Counted from the stretch's first letter, positions 34,945 through 44,256 are shown. The stretch: DNA of 64,000 nucleotides from Gemmatimonadota bacterium (GCA_947471365.1 CANIWQ010000003.1:705-64704), one strand, 5' to 3'. The notes: a model not told the origin generated them from the sequence alone. Numbers and translations are program-made.

Positions 34945-36825
34945 ATGCACCCGACCCATCGCCTCCATCCGGAGTTCGCAGTGACCCGCAAGATTCTGCT
35001 GCTCGCCCTCGTCAGCGTCGCCGCGGCGTGCGCCAAGACCGACACCAAAGTCGTCACGATTCCCACCGCCACCATTCAGCGTCGCGACATCATCGTGACG
35101 GCTGAGGCCACGGGCATCATCGAAGTGATCAACGTGATCGAGGTGAAGTCCAAGACTGCCTCGGGCCAGGTCATGAAGATGCCGATCGAAATTGGCAGCT
35201 ACGTGAAGCCTGGCGATCTCATCGTGCAGATCGACACGACGGATCTCACCACCGCCTTCAAGCAGTCCACCGCTGACCTGGCCGCGTCGAAGTCGAATTT
35301 CGACGTCGCCTCGGCGCAGCTCAAGCGTCAGGAAACGCTGTTCAAGGATCGCATCATCACGCGCCCCGACCTCGAATCGGCGCAAACGGGTTTTGCGAAC
35401 GCGCAGGCCACATTGGTGCGTAGTCAGTCGAGCCTCGACCTCGCCGCGCAGAAGCTCAAGGATGCACGCGTGGTGGCGTCCATCGAAGGCACGATCATCA
35501 CGAAGCCGGTGTCGGTCGGTCAGGTCATTCAGGCCGGCGGACAGTCGGTGAGCGGCGGTAGCGTCATTGCGACGATGGCTGACCTCACCAAGGTGCGCTC
35601 GCGCGCACTCGTGAACGAAACGGACATCGGCGCCGTGAAGCCCGGCCAGCCGGCGCAGGTCACCGTGGACGCTTTTCCTGATCGCCCGTTCCGCGGCGTG
35701 GTCGAGAAAATCGAACCGCAGGCGACCGTGCAGCAAAACGTGACGATGTTCCCCGTGCTGATTTCGCTCGACAACAGCGAAGGGTTGCTCAAGCCCGGCA
35801 TGAACGGCGAAGTCCAGGTGCTCACCGACGAACGTCTCGGCGCCATCGCAGTGCCAAACGATGCAATCCGTTCCACGCGTGAAGCGCGGCAGGCGGCCAC
35901 GTTGCTCGGATTGAACCCCGACAGCGTGCAGGCGCAGCTGCGGAACGCCATGGGTGGCGGATTCGGCGGACGCGGCGGCCAAGGTGGTCGCGGCGGCAAC
36001 AGCAACGGCACGTCGGCTCCGGCCGGCGCGCCGGCGGGTGCCGCCACCAAGACACAACAGTCGCGCGGCGAACTGGCTTTCCCGCTCCAGAGTGATCAGG
36101 GCGATCGCCGTGGCATGGGCGGACAGGGCGGGCGCGGTGGCTTCAACATGCCACAGGTCAGCGACGCCGACTGTAAAAAGGTCGACGACGCGATGGCGAA
36201 GAAGCCGGACACGCAGAAGAAGCTCGACGCGATCCGTGAGCAGATGCGCGATCCCAATGCGGACCGCGAAGCCCTACGCAAGCAGAGTGAAGATGTCTAC
36301 AAGGCGCTCGGTCTCGACGCCAACGTCGTGCGCGCCTGTCGCTTCCGGAATGGTGGCGGACAGGGTGGCGGACAGATGGGTGGCGGACGCGGCGGGATGA
36401 GCGCGATGGGTGGTGGCAACAACAGTCGCGGTGGCGCGGGCGCTTCCGGCGCTGCTGCCGGCGGCACCGGCCGGCCGACGGCGTTCCCGAACCGCCGCGA
36501 TAACAGCGGCGGCAATGGCCAGGGCGCGATGGGTGGTATGGGTGGCGGCGGCGGCGGTGGCAGATCCCGTAGCCGCACCGGCCTCGTGTTCGTGCAGAAG
36601 GGCACGTCGTGGGAGCCGAAGGTGCTACGCCTTGGCGTGGCGAACTACGACTACACCGAAGTGATTGACGGTCTTGCCGAAGGTGACAAGGTCGCGATGC
36701 TCAGCGCCGCGGCACTGCAGGCCAAGCGTCAGGAGCAGAATGACCGCATGAAGTCGATGACGGGCAGTCCGCTCGGTGGAAGCCCGGCCGGTGGTGGTGG
36801 TCGTGGCGGCGGACGAGGGAACTAG
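34945..36825 (+). CDS. MacA/HlyD-type periplasmic adaptor lipoprotein with a Gly/Arg-rich insertion
   Basis: Lipobox VAAAC, lipoyl and coiled-coil hairpin regions, beta-barrel (QVTVDAFPDRPFRGVVEKIEP) and C-terminal VFVQKG..VIDGLAEGDKV. A ~210-aa RGG-rich insert lies at 35950-36579. Confidence 0.85.
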   Translation: MHPTHRLHPEFAVTRKILLLALVSVAAACAKTDTKVVTIPTATIQRRDIIVTAEATGIIEVINVIEVKSKTASGQVMKMPIEIGSYVKPGDLIVQIDTTDLTTAFKQSTADLAASKSNFDVASAQLKRQETLFKDRIITRPDLESAQTGFANAQATLVRSQSSLDLAAQKLKDARVVASIEGTIITKPVSVGQVIQAGGQSVSGGSVIATMADLTKVRSRALVNETDIGAVKPGQPAQVTVDAFPDRPFRGVVEKIEPQATVQQNVTMFPVLISLDNSEGLLKPGMNGEVQVLTDERLGAIAVPNDAIRSTREARQAATLLGLNPDSVQAQLRNAMGGGFGGRGGQGGRGGNSNGTSAPAGAPAGAATKTQQSRGELAFPLQSDQGDRRGMGGQGGRGGFNMPQVSDADCKKVDDAMAKKPDTQKKLDAIREQMRDPNADREALRKQSEDVYKALGLDANVVRACRFRNGGGQGGGQMGGGRGGMSAMGGGNNSRGGAGASGAAAGGTGRPTAFPNRRDNSGGNGQGAMGGMGGGGGGGRSRSRTGLVFVQKGTSWEPKVLRLGVANYDYTEVIDGLAEGDKVAMLSAAALQAKRQEQNDRMKSMTGSPLGGSPAGGGGRGGGRGN

Positions 36826-36828
36826 CCA

Positions 36829-38049
36829 ATGCTGATTGGCGAAACCGTTCGCGTCGCACTGGGCGCTCTCCGCGCAAACAAGCTGCGCTCGCTGCTCACG
36901 ATGCTCGGCATCGTGATCGGCGTGGCGGCGGTGATCGCGGTGGTGGCGCTCGGCAAGGGCGCGCAGAAACAGGTCAATGACCGCATTTCGGCCCTTGGCA
37001 CGACGTTGCTCACGGTCAATCCCGGGCAGTCGCAGATGGGTGGCGTGCGTACCGGCGGCGGCGGGGCCCGCCTAATCATCGACGACGCGCAGGCGCTCGC
37101 CGATCGTGGGACGCATATCGCCGCGGTGCAACCGGAAATGTCTGGAAGCCTGCAGGTGCAGTACCTCAACAAGAACACCAATACGCAGATCGTCGGCACC
37201 ACCGCCAACTACCCGGTGGTGCGCAAGTACGAAATGCAGGAAGGCCGGTTCTTCACCAACGCCGAAGACCAGACGCGCCAGCGCGTGGCGGTGGTCGGCC
37301 CGACCGTCGTCGAAAACCTCGGCGTGCAGGCCGCCGAAGGGATCGTGGGCGAAACGATCCGCGTGCGCGGCATTCAGTTCACCGTGGTCGGCGTCTTCAA
37401 GAGCAAGGGGCAGGCCTCGGCCTTCCAAAATCCCGACGACCAGATCCTCATTCCGATTACCACGGCGCGGTTCCGCGTCCTGGGATCGAATCGTGTGCGC
37501 GCGATCAGCGTGCTTGCGCCGACGGAAGAAGATATTCCGGAAACGATGGCCGACATCCAGAAGATTCTACGTCGTGAACACAAACTGCGGCCCGGCAAGG
37601 ACGACGACTTCCAGATCCGCAATCAGTCGGACTTCCTCAATACGCTCGGCGAAACCACGCAGGTGTTCAGCCTGCTGCTCGCTGGTATTGCCGCGGTATC
37701 GCTGCTCGTCGGCGGCATTGGCATCATGAACATTATGCTCGTCTCGGTCACCGAGCGCACGCGCGAGATTGGCATTCGCAAGGCGCTCGGCGCCACCAAG
37801 CTCAATATCCTGTTCCAGTTCCTCATTGAGGCCGTCGTGCTCTGCCTGCTGGGCGGCATGATCGGTATCGGCGTCGGTGCGGGCGGTGCCACCATCTTTA
37901 CCCGCATCATGGGGTGGAGCACGGAAGTTGGTGCCTCGTCCATTGCCATCGCGTTCGGCTTCTCGGCATTCGTCGGCGTGGTGTTTGGCGTCTATCCCGC
38001 GCGGCGAGCTGCCGGCATGGATCCGATCGTCGCGTTGCGCTACGAGTAA
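36829..38049 (+). CDS. MacB-type ABC transporter permease (FtsX/MacB_PCD), no ATPase domain
   Basis: N-terminus ALRANKLRSLLTMLGIVIGVAAV, a periplasmic domain and the FtsX motif TERTREIGIRKALGA. Confidence 0.9.
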   Translation: MLIGETVRVALGALRANKLRSLLTMLGIVIGVAAVIAVVALGKGAQKQVNDRISALGTTLLTVNPGQSQMGGVRTGGGGARLIIDDAQALADRGTHIAAVQPEMSGSLQVQYLNKNTNTQIVGTTANYPVVRKYEMQEGRFFTNAEDQTRQRVAVVGPTVVENLGVQAAEGIVGETIRVRGIQFTVVGVFKSKGQASAFQNPDDQILIPITTARFRVLGSNRVRAISVLAPTEEDIPETMADIQKILRREHKLRPGKDDDFQIRNQSDFLNTLGETTQVFSLLLAGIAAVSLLVGGIGIMNIMLVSVTERTREIGIRKALGATKLNILFQFLIEAVVLCLLGGMIGIGVGAGGATIFTRIMGWSTEVGASSIAIAFGFSAFVGVVFGVYPARRAAGMDPIVALRYE

Positions 38050-38078
38050 GTCGAGCCATCACGCAACACGCTACAAAA

Positions 38079-38111
38079 AGAGGCGGCGTGCTCTGCACGC
38101 CGCCTCTTTTT
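38079..38111. terminator. bidirectional rho-independent terminator
   Basis: AGAGGCGGCGTG (38079-90), loop CTCTG, CACGCCGCCTCT (38096-107). It is flanked by an A-tract upstream and TTTTT downstream, between the convergent macB-like and tonB-like genes. Confidence 0.75.
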
Positions 38112-38139
38112 GTATTTACCCCCCCCTCGAACACGGGCG

Positions 38140-38829
38140 CTACAGCGGTTTCTTCGGGGCTGGAGGTTTCAGGAGAAACTTGAACTCCTGCTCCGCGAGT
38201 TGGCGCACGGCGCGGTTGCCCGCGAGTGCTGGGCGGAATCGCATACGCGGCATCGCGTCGCGCACCGCTTTGGCAAAGAGCGGGTGCGTTGCGCGAATCT
38301 CCTTGACGGTGGCCATATCCACATACCCCGTGGTGTCCACCACAAAACGCACGGTCGCTGACCCTTCCACGTTTCTTTCCATCAAGGATTCCGGATACGA
38401 CGGCGCGGCACTCGCGGGGTCGCGCACGGCCGCCGAGTCGACGTCGAGCACACTGTAGGCATTTTCTTCGGCGGTTGGCTCGGCGACCGCCAGACTCGTC
38501 GATGCCGCATCGCCCGCGCTCGCCGCTTGGGGCTGCGCAGAGGGCGCGCGCGACGCGGTGTGCGTGGATCGCTCGGGCAACAAGCGCCCAGACTGTGCGT
38601 CGCTGCCTGGAGAACCCACGTACTTCAGCTGGGGTTCTTCGGCGTGTGAAATCCGGTCGGCCGGCACGAGAAACCGCACCGTCTGTTGCACGACATCGGC
38701 AATTTCACTCGCGTAGCGTCGGCCACCTATTGCCACGATCGCAATGAGCGCGATGTGTGTGGCCGCGCTGATCATCGCCCCGAGGAGGGGCCGTGGGGTT
38801 TTAAGGCGTTCGTCGAACAGCAGTTGCAT
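38140..38829 (-). CDS. TonB family energy transducer
   Basis: N-terminal TM, an Ala/Pro/Ser-rich linker and a TonB_C domain (PSYPESLMERNVEGSATVRFVVDTTGYV...FRPA). Confidence 0.8.
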   Translation of the reverse strand: MQLLFDERLKTPRPLLGAMISAATHIALIAIVAIGGRRYASEIADVVQQTVRFLVPADRISHAEEPQLKYVGSPGSDAQSGRLLPERSTHTASRAPSAQPQAASAGDAASTSLAVAEPTAEENAYSVLDVDSAAVRDPASAAPSYPESLMERNVEGSATVRFVVDTTGYVDMATVKEIRATHPLFAKAVRDAMPRMRFRPALAGNRAVRQLAEQEFKFLLKPPAPKKPL

Positions 38830-38933
38830 CGGGGGGTCTCGGTGCGGCGCTCAGGGCTCGTCCAATAGGACAGCCCGCTCCGCCTAAAGGATTACCATAG
38901 GCACACGGTGATTCGTCACCAAGAGGGGATTGC

Positions 38934-38966
38934 CCGATATATCGGAGCCGATATATTGAAGATATA
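38934..38966. promoter_or_regulatory. perfect 12-bp palindrome CCGATATATCGG plus reiterated GATATA motifs
   Basis: Palindrome at 38934-38945, CCGATATAT again at 38948-38956, and GATATA at 38961-38966. It sits in an AT-rich patch of the tonB/padR divergent region. Confidence 0.35.
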
Positions 38967-39027
38967 ACGAAGTAATCTCACCCCAGCTCTGGCTGGGCGA
39001 GTCGGACCACTCGGCACAGGAGGAGTG

Positions 39028-39636
39028 ATGTGGAAACACCATGATCATGGCGCATGTGGCCCTCGCGACCGGCAGGGGGCTGGGCGTGGCGGGGACTGGT
39101 GGTCTTCTCCGGGGGGAGCCTTCTCCTGGGGGCTGGGGAGCTTTCGCGCGAGAACGCGTTCGGGCGGGCGGATGTTTGAGCAGGGCGACCTCAAGCTGGT
39201 CATTCTGCAGCTCCTTTCAGAGAAGCCCCGTCACGGCTACGACATCATCAAGGAACTCGAAGAGCGCTCAGGCGGGCGCTATGCCCCGAGCCCGGGCACC
39301 GTCTACCCCACGCTCACGCTGCTTGAGGAGATGGGGTTTGCGGTCGCATCCGCCGAGGAGGGCGGCAAGCGGGTGTATGCCATCACCGATCAGGGGCGGG
39401 CCTACCTCGACGAGAATCGCTCGACGGTGGATGAGGTGCTGAGTCGGTTGGCCGAACTGTCGAACACCATCTTTGGTGACGATGTGCGCCCAGCGCACGA
39501 GGCGATGGGCGCGCTCGGTCGCGAATATGCACGGTTGTTGTGGCGACGGCCGGCGACGGCGTCGTTGGCCAAGCAGGTGGCCGATATTCTGCAACGGGCC
39601 ACCCGAGAGTTAAGCGATTTGAGGGAAACCCCGTAG
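39028..39636 (+). CDS. PadR family transcriptional regulator
   Basis: Winged-helix core DLKLVILQLLSEKPRHGYDIIKELEERSGGRYAPSPGTVYPTLTLLEEMG. GGAGG lies upstream. It has a Gly/Trp-rich N-terminal extension. Confidence 0.85.
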   Translation: MWKHHDHGACGPRDRQGAGRGGDWWSSPGGAFSWGLGSFRARTRSGGRMFEQGDLKLVILQLLSEKPRHGYDIIKELEERSGGRYAPSPGTVYPTLTLLEEMGFAVASAEEGGKRVYAITDQGRAYLDENRSTVDEVLSRLAELSNTIFGDDVRPAHEAMGALGREYARLLWRRPATASLAKQVADILQRATRELSDLRETP

Positions 39637-39730
39637 GCGCGGCGAGAGCGGAACACGTTTCCCCCCCCATTCGTCCGGAACGGTGTGACAAAATGCCCCG
39701 AGCGGATAACAGGGCGTTCGCTGGACGAGT

Positions 39731-41779
39731 GTGTGCCACCCGCTAGATTCTTCCAACGGATCGCGGATTGTGCGCGATCCGTTGGCTCACTCGTACGCCG
39801 GTCTCTCTCCCGTGTCTCCCTCTCACGACCCGACGTTGTCGGGGACGTATCCCGCCGCGACGGCCCCCAACACGCACGCGCATGTCGAGGCGCACCCCAC
39901 CGGTAAGCGACTGGCGGTGCTCGCAGTGACGGCGCTCGGAGTGGTGTACGGCGATATCGGCACGAGCCCGCTCTACGCGTTCCGCGAGTGCTTCAAGCCG
40001 GAATACGGCATTACGCCAACGCCCGCGCACGTGTACGGCGTGCTCTCGCTCATCGTCTGGGCACTGATGCTCGTGGTGAGTGTGAAGTACATCGTCTACG
40101 TGATGCGCGCGGACAACCGTGGCGAAGGCGGCATCCTCGCGATCCTCGCCCTGATCATCGGCAAGGACACCACCCATCGCAGACGCCGGTTCGCGCTGAT
40201 TGCGCTTGGACTGTTCGGCTCCGCGCTCCTCTACGGCGACGGCGTGATTACGCCGGCCATTTCCGTGCTCGGTGCGATGGAAGGGCTAGATGTCGTCTCG
40301 ACCGGATTCCACGCTGTCGTGATTCCCGTCACGTTGGCGGTGCTGATTGGACTATTCCTGATGCAGCGCGTGGGCACCGCGAAAGTCGGCGCGATGTTTG
40401 GGCCGCTCATGCTCATCTGGTTTACGCTCATCGCGGCGCTCGGTCTGCACGAGGTAGTGCGAAACCCCGCGATACTTGGCGCGCTCAATCCGTATTATGC
40501 GGTGGTCTTTTTGGTTGAAGAGCGAACCGTCGGATTCGTGTTACTGGGCGCGGTCGTGCTGGCGGTGACTGGCGCGGAAGCGCTGTATGCCGACATGGGG
40601 CATTTCGGGAAGCGACCGATTCGCTTGGCCTGGTTCTGGTTTGTGTTTCCGTGCCTGTTGCTCAACTACCTCGGCCAGGGCGCGCTCGTGTTGCGCGATC
40701 CCACCGCCGTGGCCAACCCATTTTACTTGCTCGCCCCGCGCGCTTTGCTCTACCCGCTCATTGTGATCGCCACGATGGCGGCGATCATCGCCAGTCAGGC
40801 CCTGATCTCCGGCGCGTTCTCGCTGACACAGCAGTGCGTCCAACTCGGCTACAGCCCACGCGTGACGATCATCCACACGTCCGCGCGTGAGGCGGGGCAG
40901 ATCTACATTCCGGAAGTCAATCACGCGCTGATGGTGAGTTGCCTGTTCGTGGTACTCGGATTCAAAACGTCGAGCGCGCTAGGCGCCGCGTATGGCATTG
41001 CGGTGACCGGAACGATGGCCATTACGACCATCCTCTTCCTCGTGGTGGCGGCTGGTCGCTGGAACTGGCCGCGTTGGAAGGTGCTCCTGCTCGGCGCCGT
41101 TTTTCTGACAATCGACGTCGCATTCTTCGGCGCGAACGTCATAAAGGTGGCGAATGGTGGCTGGGTGCCGCTCGTAGTGGCCATCGTATTGTTCACGATG
41201 ATGACCACCTGGAAACGCGGCAAAGAAATTCTCCGTGAACGTCTGCGGGAAATCACGATGCCGCTCGATGCGTTTCTCGAGAGCGTGGGGCGCGGGAAGA
41301 TTCCGCGCGTTCCAGGCACGGCCGTGTTCATGACCTCCGAGCCCGATGGTGCGCCGGTGGTGCTGTTGCACCACCTCAAGCACAACAAGGTGCTGCACGA
41401 GCAGGTCGTGTTGCTCTCGATTCAAACCGCCGATGTGCCGGAAGTGGATGATGATCACCGCGTGTCGTACGAACCGCTCATGCACGGGTTCGTGCGTGTG
41501 GTCGCGCGCTACGGGTTCATGGAGTATCCTGACGCCCCGCACATCATGGCGTTGCTCAAGAAGGACGGTATTCGCGCACGACCGCTCGAGACGAGCTACT
41601 ATCTCGGACGCGAACTCCTCCTCCCGTTACCACAGCCCTGGAAGACGGGCGGGCTTTCGATGAGCATCTGGCGTAAGCGATTATTCGCGATCATGTCCAA
41701 GAACGCGCGTTCGGCGGCGGAGTTCTTCCAGCTGCCGCCCAACCGCGTCGTGGAACTGGGCACGCAGATCGAATTTTGA
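39731..41779 (+). CDS. kup: potassium transporter Kup
   Basis: LGVVYGDIGTSPLYAF, 12 TM helices and a C-terminal cytoplasmic domain. The GTG start is uncertain. Confidence 0.92.
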   Translation: MCHPLDSSNGSRIVRDPLAHSYAGLSPVSPSHDPTLSGTYPAATAPNTHAHVEAHPTGKRLAVLAVTALGVVYGDIGTSPLYAFRECFKPEYGITPTPAHVYGVLSLIVWALMLVVSVKYIVYVMRADNRGEGGILAILALIIGKDTTHRRRRFALIALGLFGSALLYGDGVITPAISVLGAMEGLDVVSTGFHAVVIPVTLAVLIGLFLMQRVGTAKVGAMFGPLMLIWFTLIAALGLHEVVRNPAILGALNPYYAVVFLVEERTVGFVLLGAVVLAVTGAEALYADMGHFGKRPIRLAWFWFVFPCLLLNYLGQGALVLRDPTAVANPFYLLAPRALLYPLIVIATMAAIIASQALISGAFSLTQQCVQLGYSPRVTIIHTSAREAGQIYIPEVNHALMVSCLFVVLGFKTSSALGAAYGIAVTGTMAITTILFLVVAAGRWNWPRWKVLLLGAVFLTIDVAFFGANVIKVANGGWVPLVVAIVLFTMMTTWKRGKEILRERLREITMPLDAFLESVGRGKIPRVPGTAVFMTSEPDGAPVVLLHHLKHNKVLHEQVVLLSIQTADVPEVDDDHRVSYEPLMHGFVRVVARYGFMEYPDAPHIMALLKKDGIRARPLETSYYLGRELLLPLPQPWKTGGLSMSIWRKRLFAIMSKNARSAAEFFQLPPNRVVELGTQIEF

Positions 41780-41789
41780 TCGGCGTTCG

Positions 41790-41836
41790 GCACGTCGAGG
41801 GTCGCCGTGTAGAACCGGCACCGACCCTCGACGTGC
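41790..41836. terminator. 15-bp perfect hairpin between convergent genes (no U-tract)
   Basis: GCACGTCGAGGGTCG (41790-804) pairs with CGACCCTCGACGTGC (41822-836). Confidence 0.5.
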
Positions 41837-41845
41837 GCACGGCCG

Positions 41846-42919
41846 TCACATCATCACGCGTTTTGTCATTCGGACGCGGGTGGCCGGCACGAGCTCGCGC
41901 AGCCGTTGCACCTGTTCGCGGAGCGCCGGTAGTTCCAGCGTCTGCGCTCGGAGCTTTTCGCGGAGTGCCGGCAGCATCGCCGCATCGCGGCCGAGGCGCG
42001 CCCGAATCGTCGAGAGTTCCTGCCGCGGCAGCTCTGGGTGGATCGGAGGCATCGGAGGCATCGGAGGCATCGGAGGCATCGGAGGCATCGGCATGAACAC
42101 CCTGCTGCCGGCCTCGCCGTGCTCGAAGCCTTTGATCTCGCTTGGCTTGACGGTCGTCACTTTGACCGTGCGTGACTTACCTCCAGCGGCAAGGACGAGT
42201 TCCACCGACTGCCCGGGCATCACCTTGCTCAGCTCGCGCTGCAGCCGCTGCACTCGCATGGACGAGGCGCTGACATCGCCCGCATCTTCGCGCGGCACGC
42301 GCACATCCATGCCATTGATGCTCGCAATGCGTTCACCTGCAACGATGCCCGCTTTGTCGGCCGGGCCCCCATCGTGCACGTCGGAGATCAACACTCCGGT
42401 GGTATCGCGCGTACTTCCCGACCCGCCAATGGTAATGCCAATGACGCCGTGTTCGTCGGCGCCATTCACGATGGCCTCGCTTAACGCAGACGCGGCAACC
42501 AGCTTGGCTTTCACGGATTTTATTTTGCCGCCCGACCACACGTCAAGCGTGACGTCGTCACCCGCTTTGTGCTTGCCGATTTCCCGGCGGAGCCTGTTGC
42601 TGAGCACATTGGCCATCTCGGGCTCGCCCGCATCGTCGCGCGAGGCTTTGAGAGAAACTCCATTGATTGTGACCAAGCGGTTTCCCGCTTCGAGTCCGGC
42701 CTTCTCCGCGGGGCTACCGCGCGTCACGTCGGCAATCAACAGACCTAGGGTGTCACGGCGATCGCCGCCGGTGGTGGCCACGCCAAGCACGGGACGATCG
42801 CTCGCCTCCGCATTCGACAGCATCTTGAACACGTGAACGTTTGGTGCGGCCGTTCGCGTTTGGGCACGCGCCGCGGAAGCGGCGAGGCACAGCAGGGCGG
42901 CGGTGGAAAGCAGGCGCAT
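41846..42919 (-). CDS. secreted protein with two PDZ domains and a (PMP)n repeat
   Basis: Signal peptide MRLLSTAALLCLAASAARA. Two PDZ-like units (GLLIADVTRGSPAEKAGLEAGNRLVTING and GVLISDVHDGGPADKAGIVAGERIASING). No protease domain. Confidence 0.75.
   Translation of the reverse strand: MRLLSTAALLCLAASAARAQTRTAAPNVHVFKMLSNAEASDRPVLGVATTGGDRRDTLGLLIADVTRGSPAEKAGLEAGNRLVTINGVSLKASRDDAGEPEMANVLSNRLRREIGKHKAGDDVTLDVWSGGKIKSVKAKLVAASALSEAIVNGADEHGVIGITIGGSGSTRDTTGVLISDVHDGGPADKAGIVAGERIASINGMDVRVPREDAGDVSASSMRVQRLQRELSKVMPGQSVELVLAAGGKSRTVKVTTVKPSEIKGFEHGEAGSRVFMPMPPMPPMPPMPPMPPIHPELPRQELSTIRARLGRDAAMLPALREKLRAQTLELPALREQVQRLRELVPATRVRMTKRVMM
42042..42091. repeat. 9-bp tandem repeat ATCGGAGGC x5 plus a partial copy (in-frame, coding)
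   Basis: Units at 42042-42086, then ATCGG. On the minus strand it encodes PMPPMPPMPPMPPMPP in the PDZ protein. Confidence 0.95.
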
Positions 42920-43089
42920 GGGAATTCCCTCTCGGTGCTGGTTCACGAGATGAGTCACGCGCATGCTCACAGGGGTTGCCGCCGCGTGCCGTGCGGACGA
43001 TCGGCGGTGCAGCGCGCCGATCGGCTGGCGGTGACTCACGGGCCGACCTCACGGTTGGGAGTGCCTGCTCCTTTGTGCCATATTGAGGG

Positions 43090-44256
43090 ATGTCCGGCGC
43101 GCATCGTCGCCGCCGGCGCCTCCCTTTTGCCACTCTCCTCGTGACTGTCGATCTGCACACGTTTCAACACCATTGGCAGGACGAAGCGGACGCTGCCTTT
43201 CTGTATCGGATACTCGCCGAACTCGAGCCCGATGCGATTCGCCGCGATGTGTTCGTGCGGCTGGCCGAGGTAGAAGACCGCCATGTCGTGATTTGGAACG
43301 ACCTCATCCGTGCGAATGGCGGTGATCCGGGACGCTTCCGCCCCACCGGTCGTACGCGGTTGCTCGCGCAGCTCGGTCGCTGGCTTGGCCCCAAGTTCCT
43401 CTTGCCTTATCTGCTGGCCGAAGAAGGGCGCGAGGTCAAAGGCTATCTGCAGTTGCATCGCGCCACACCTGCCGGAGCGCCCGGCAGTGGCGCGGCGCTT
43501 TTGCTCGCACGCGAATCCAAGGAGCACGCCACGGAAATCGGCGCGCTCGTGGGACGCAACGGCGAACCGTGGCATCAGGCGGAGAGCGGCGGGCTGCTCC
43601 GCAACGTGGTGTACGGCTTTAACGACGGCCTCACGGCAAACTTTGGACTCGTGGCCGGCGTCATCGGCGCCACGGTGGCGGCACAGCACCATGCAGTGAT
43701 CGTGGCCGGCGTGGCGGGACTCATTGCCGATTCGCTCTCGATGGGCTCGAGTGGCTACCTCGCGGCCAAAAGTGAGCAGGAAGTCTACGCCAACGAGATC
43801 GCGATGGAGCGCGACGAAATCGCGCTGATGCCCGAAGTGGAGCGCGACGAACTCGCCCTCATTTATGAGATGAAGGGGATGCAGAAGGATCAGGCCTATG
43901 CCCTCGCCACTGAGGTGATGGCCGATCCGGAGCGCATGCTCGCCGAGCAGGTGCAGGAAGAGCTCAAGATTGGCGGGCACGAGACGTCGCCGTGGCGTGA
44001 GGCGTGGATCACGGGACTCGCGACGGCGATTGGCGCGTTGATTCCGGTATTCCCGTTTTTTGTGCTGCAGGGGTCTGCGGCCATTTGGCTCAGCTTCGCG
44101 CTGGCCATGGGAAGCCACTTCTTGGTGGGTGCCGCACGCAGTGTGTTCACGGGGCGCAGCATTTTCCGGTCTGGCATCGACATGTTCGTCGTCGGGCTTG
44201 GTGTGGCCGTCGTCGGTTATTACGTCGGGGAGTGGATCGCCCGCGTGTTCGCGTAA
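43090..44256 (+). CDS. ferritin-like (rubrerythrin-type) domain fused to a VIT1/CCC1 transporter
   Basis: N-terminal 4-helix region ([12 protein letters not shown]...EVEDRHV...ESKEHA). C-terminal VIT1 motifs ([22 protein letters not shown]) and 5 TM helices. Confidence 0.85.
   Translation: MSGAHRRRRRLPFATLLVTVDLHTFQHHWQDEADAAFLYRILAELEPDAIRRDVFVRLAEVEDRHVVIWNDLIRANGGDPGRFRPTGRTRLLAQLGRWLGPKFLLPYLLAEEGREVKGYLQLHRATPAGAPGSGAALLLARESKEHATEIGALVGRNGEPWHQAESGGLLRNVVYGFNDGLTANFGLVAGVIGATVAAQHHAVIVAGVAGLIADSLSMGSSGYLAAKSEQEVYANEIAMERDEIALMPEVERDELALIYEMKGMQKDQAYALATEVMADPERMLAEQVQEELKIGGHETSPWREAWITGLATAIGALIPVFPFFVLQGSAAIWLSFALAMGSHFLVGAARSVFTGRSIFRSGIDMFVVGLGVAVVGYYVGEWIARVFA

Noticed and set aside
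39637-39730. c-di-AMP (ydaO-type) riboswitch upstream of kup
   Set aside because: The gap is only ~95 nt, and I could not find the paired ACGGGG/CCGA-type conserved cores. This cannot be supported without a covariance-model scan.
42920-43089. Mn2+ (yybP-ykoY) riboswitch or Fur box upstream of the VIT1 fusion gene
   Set aside because: There is only a weak resemblance (GGGAGTG, CCATATTG) and no four-helix arrangement is evident. No GATAAT-type Fur box is present.
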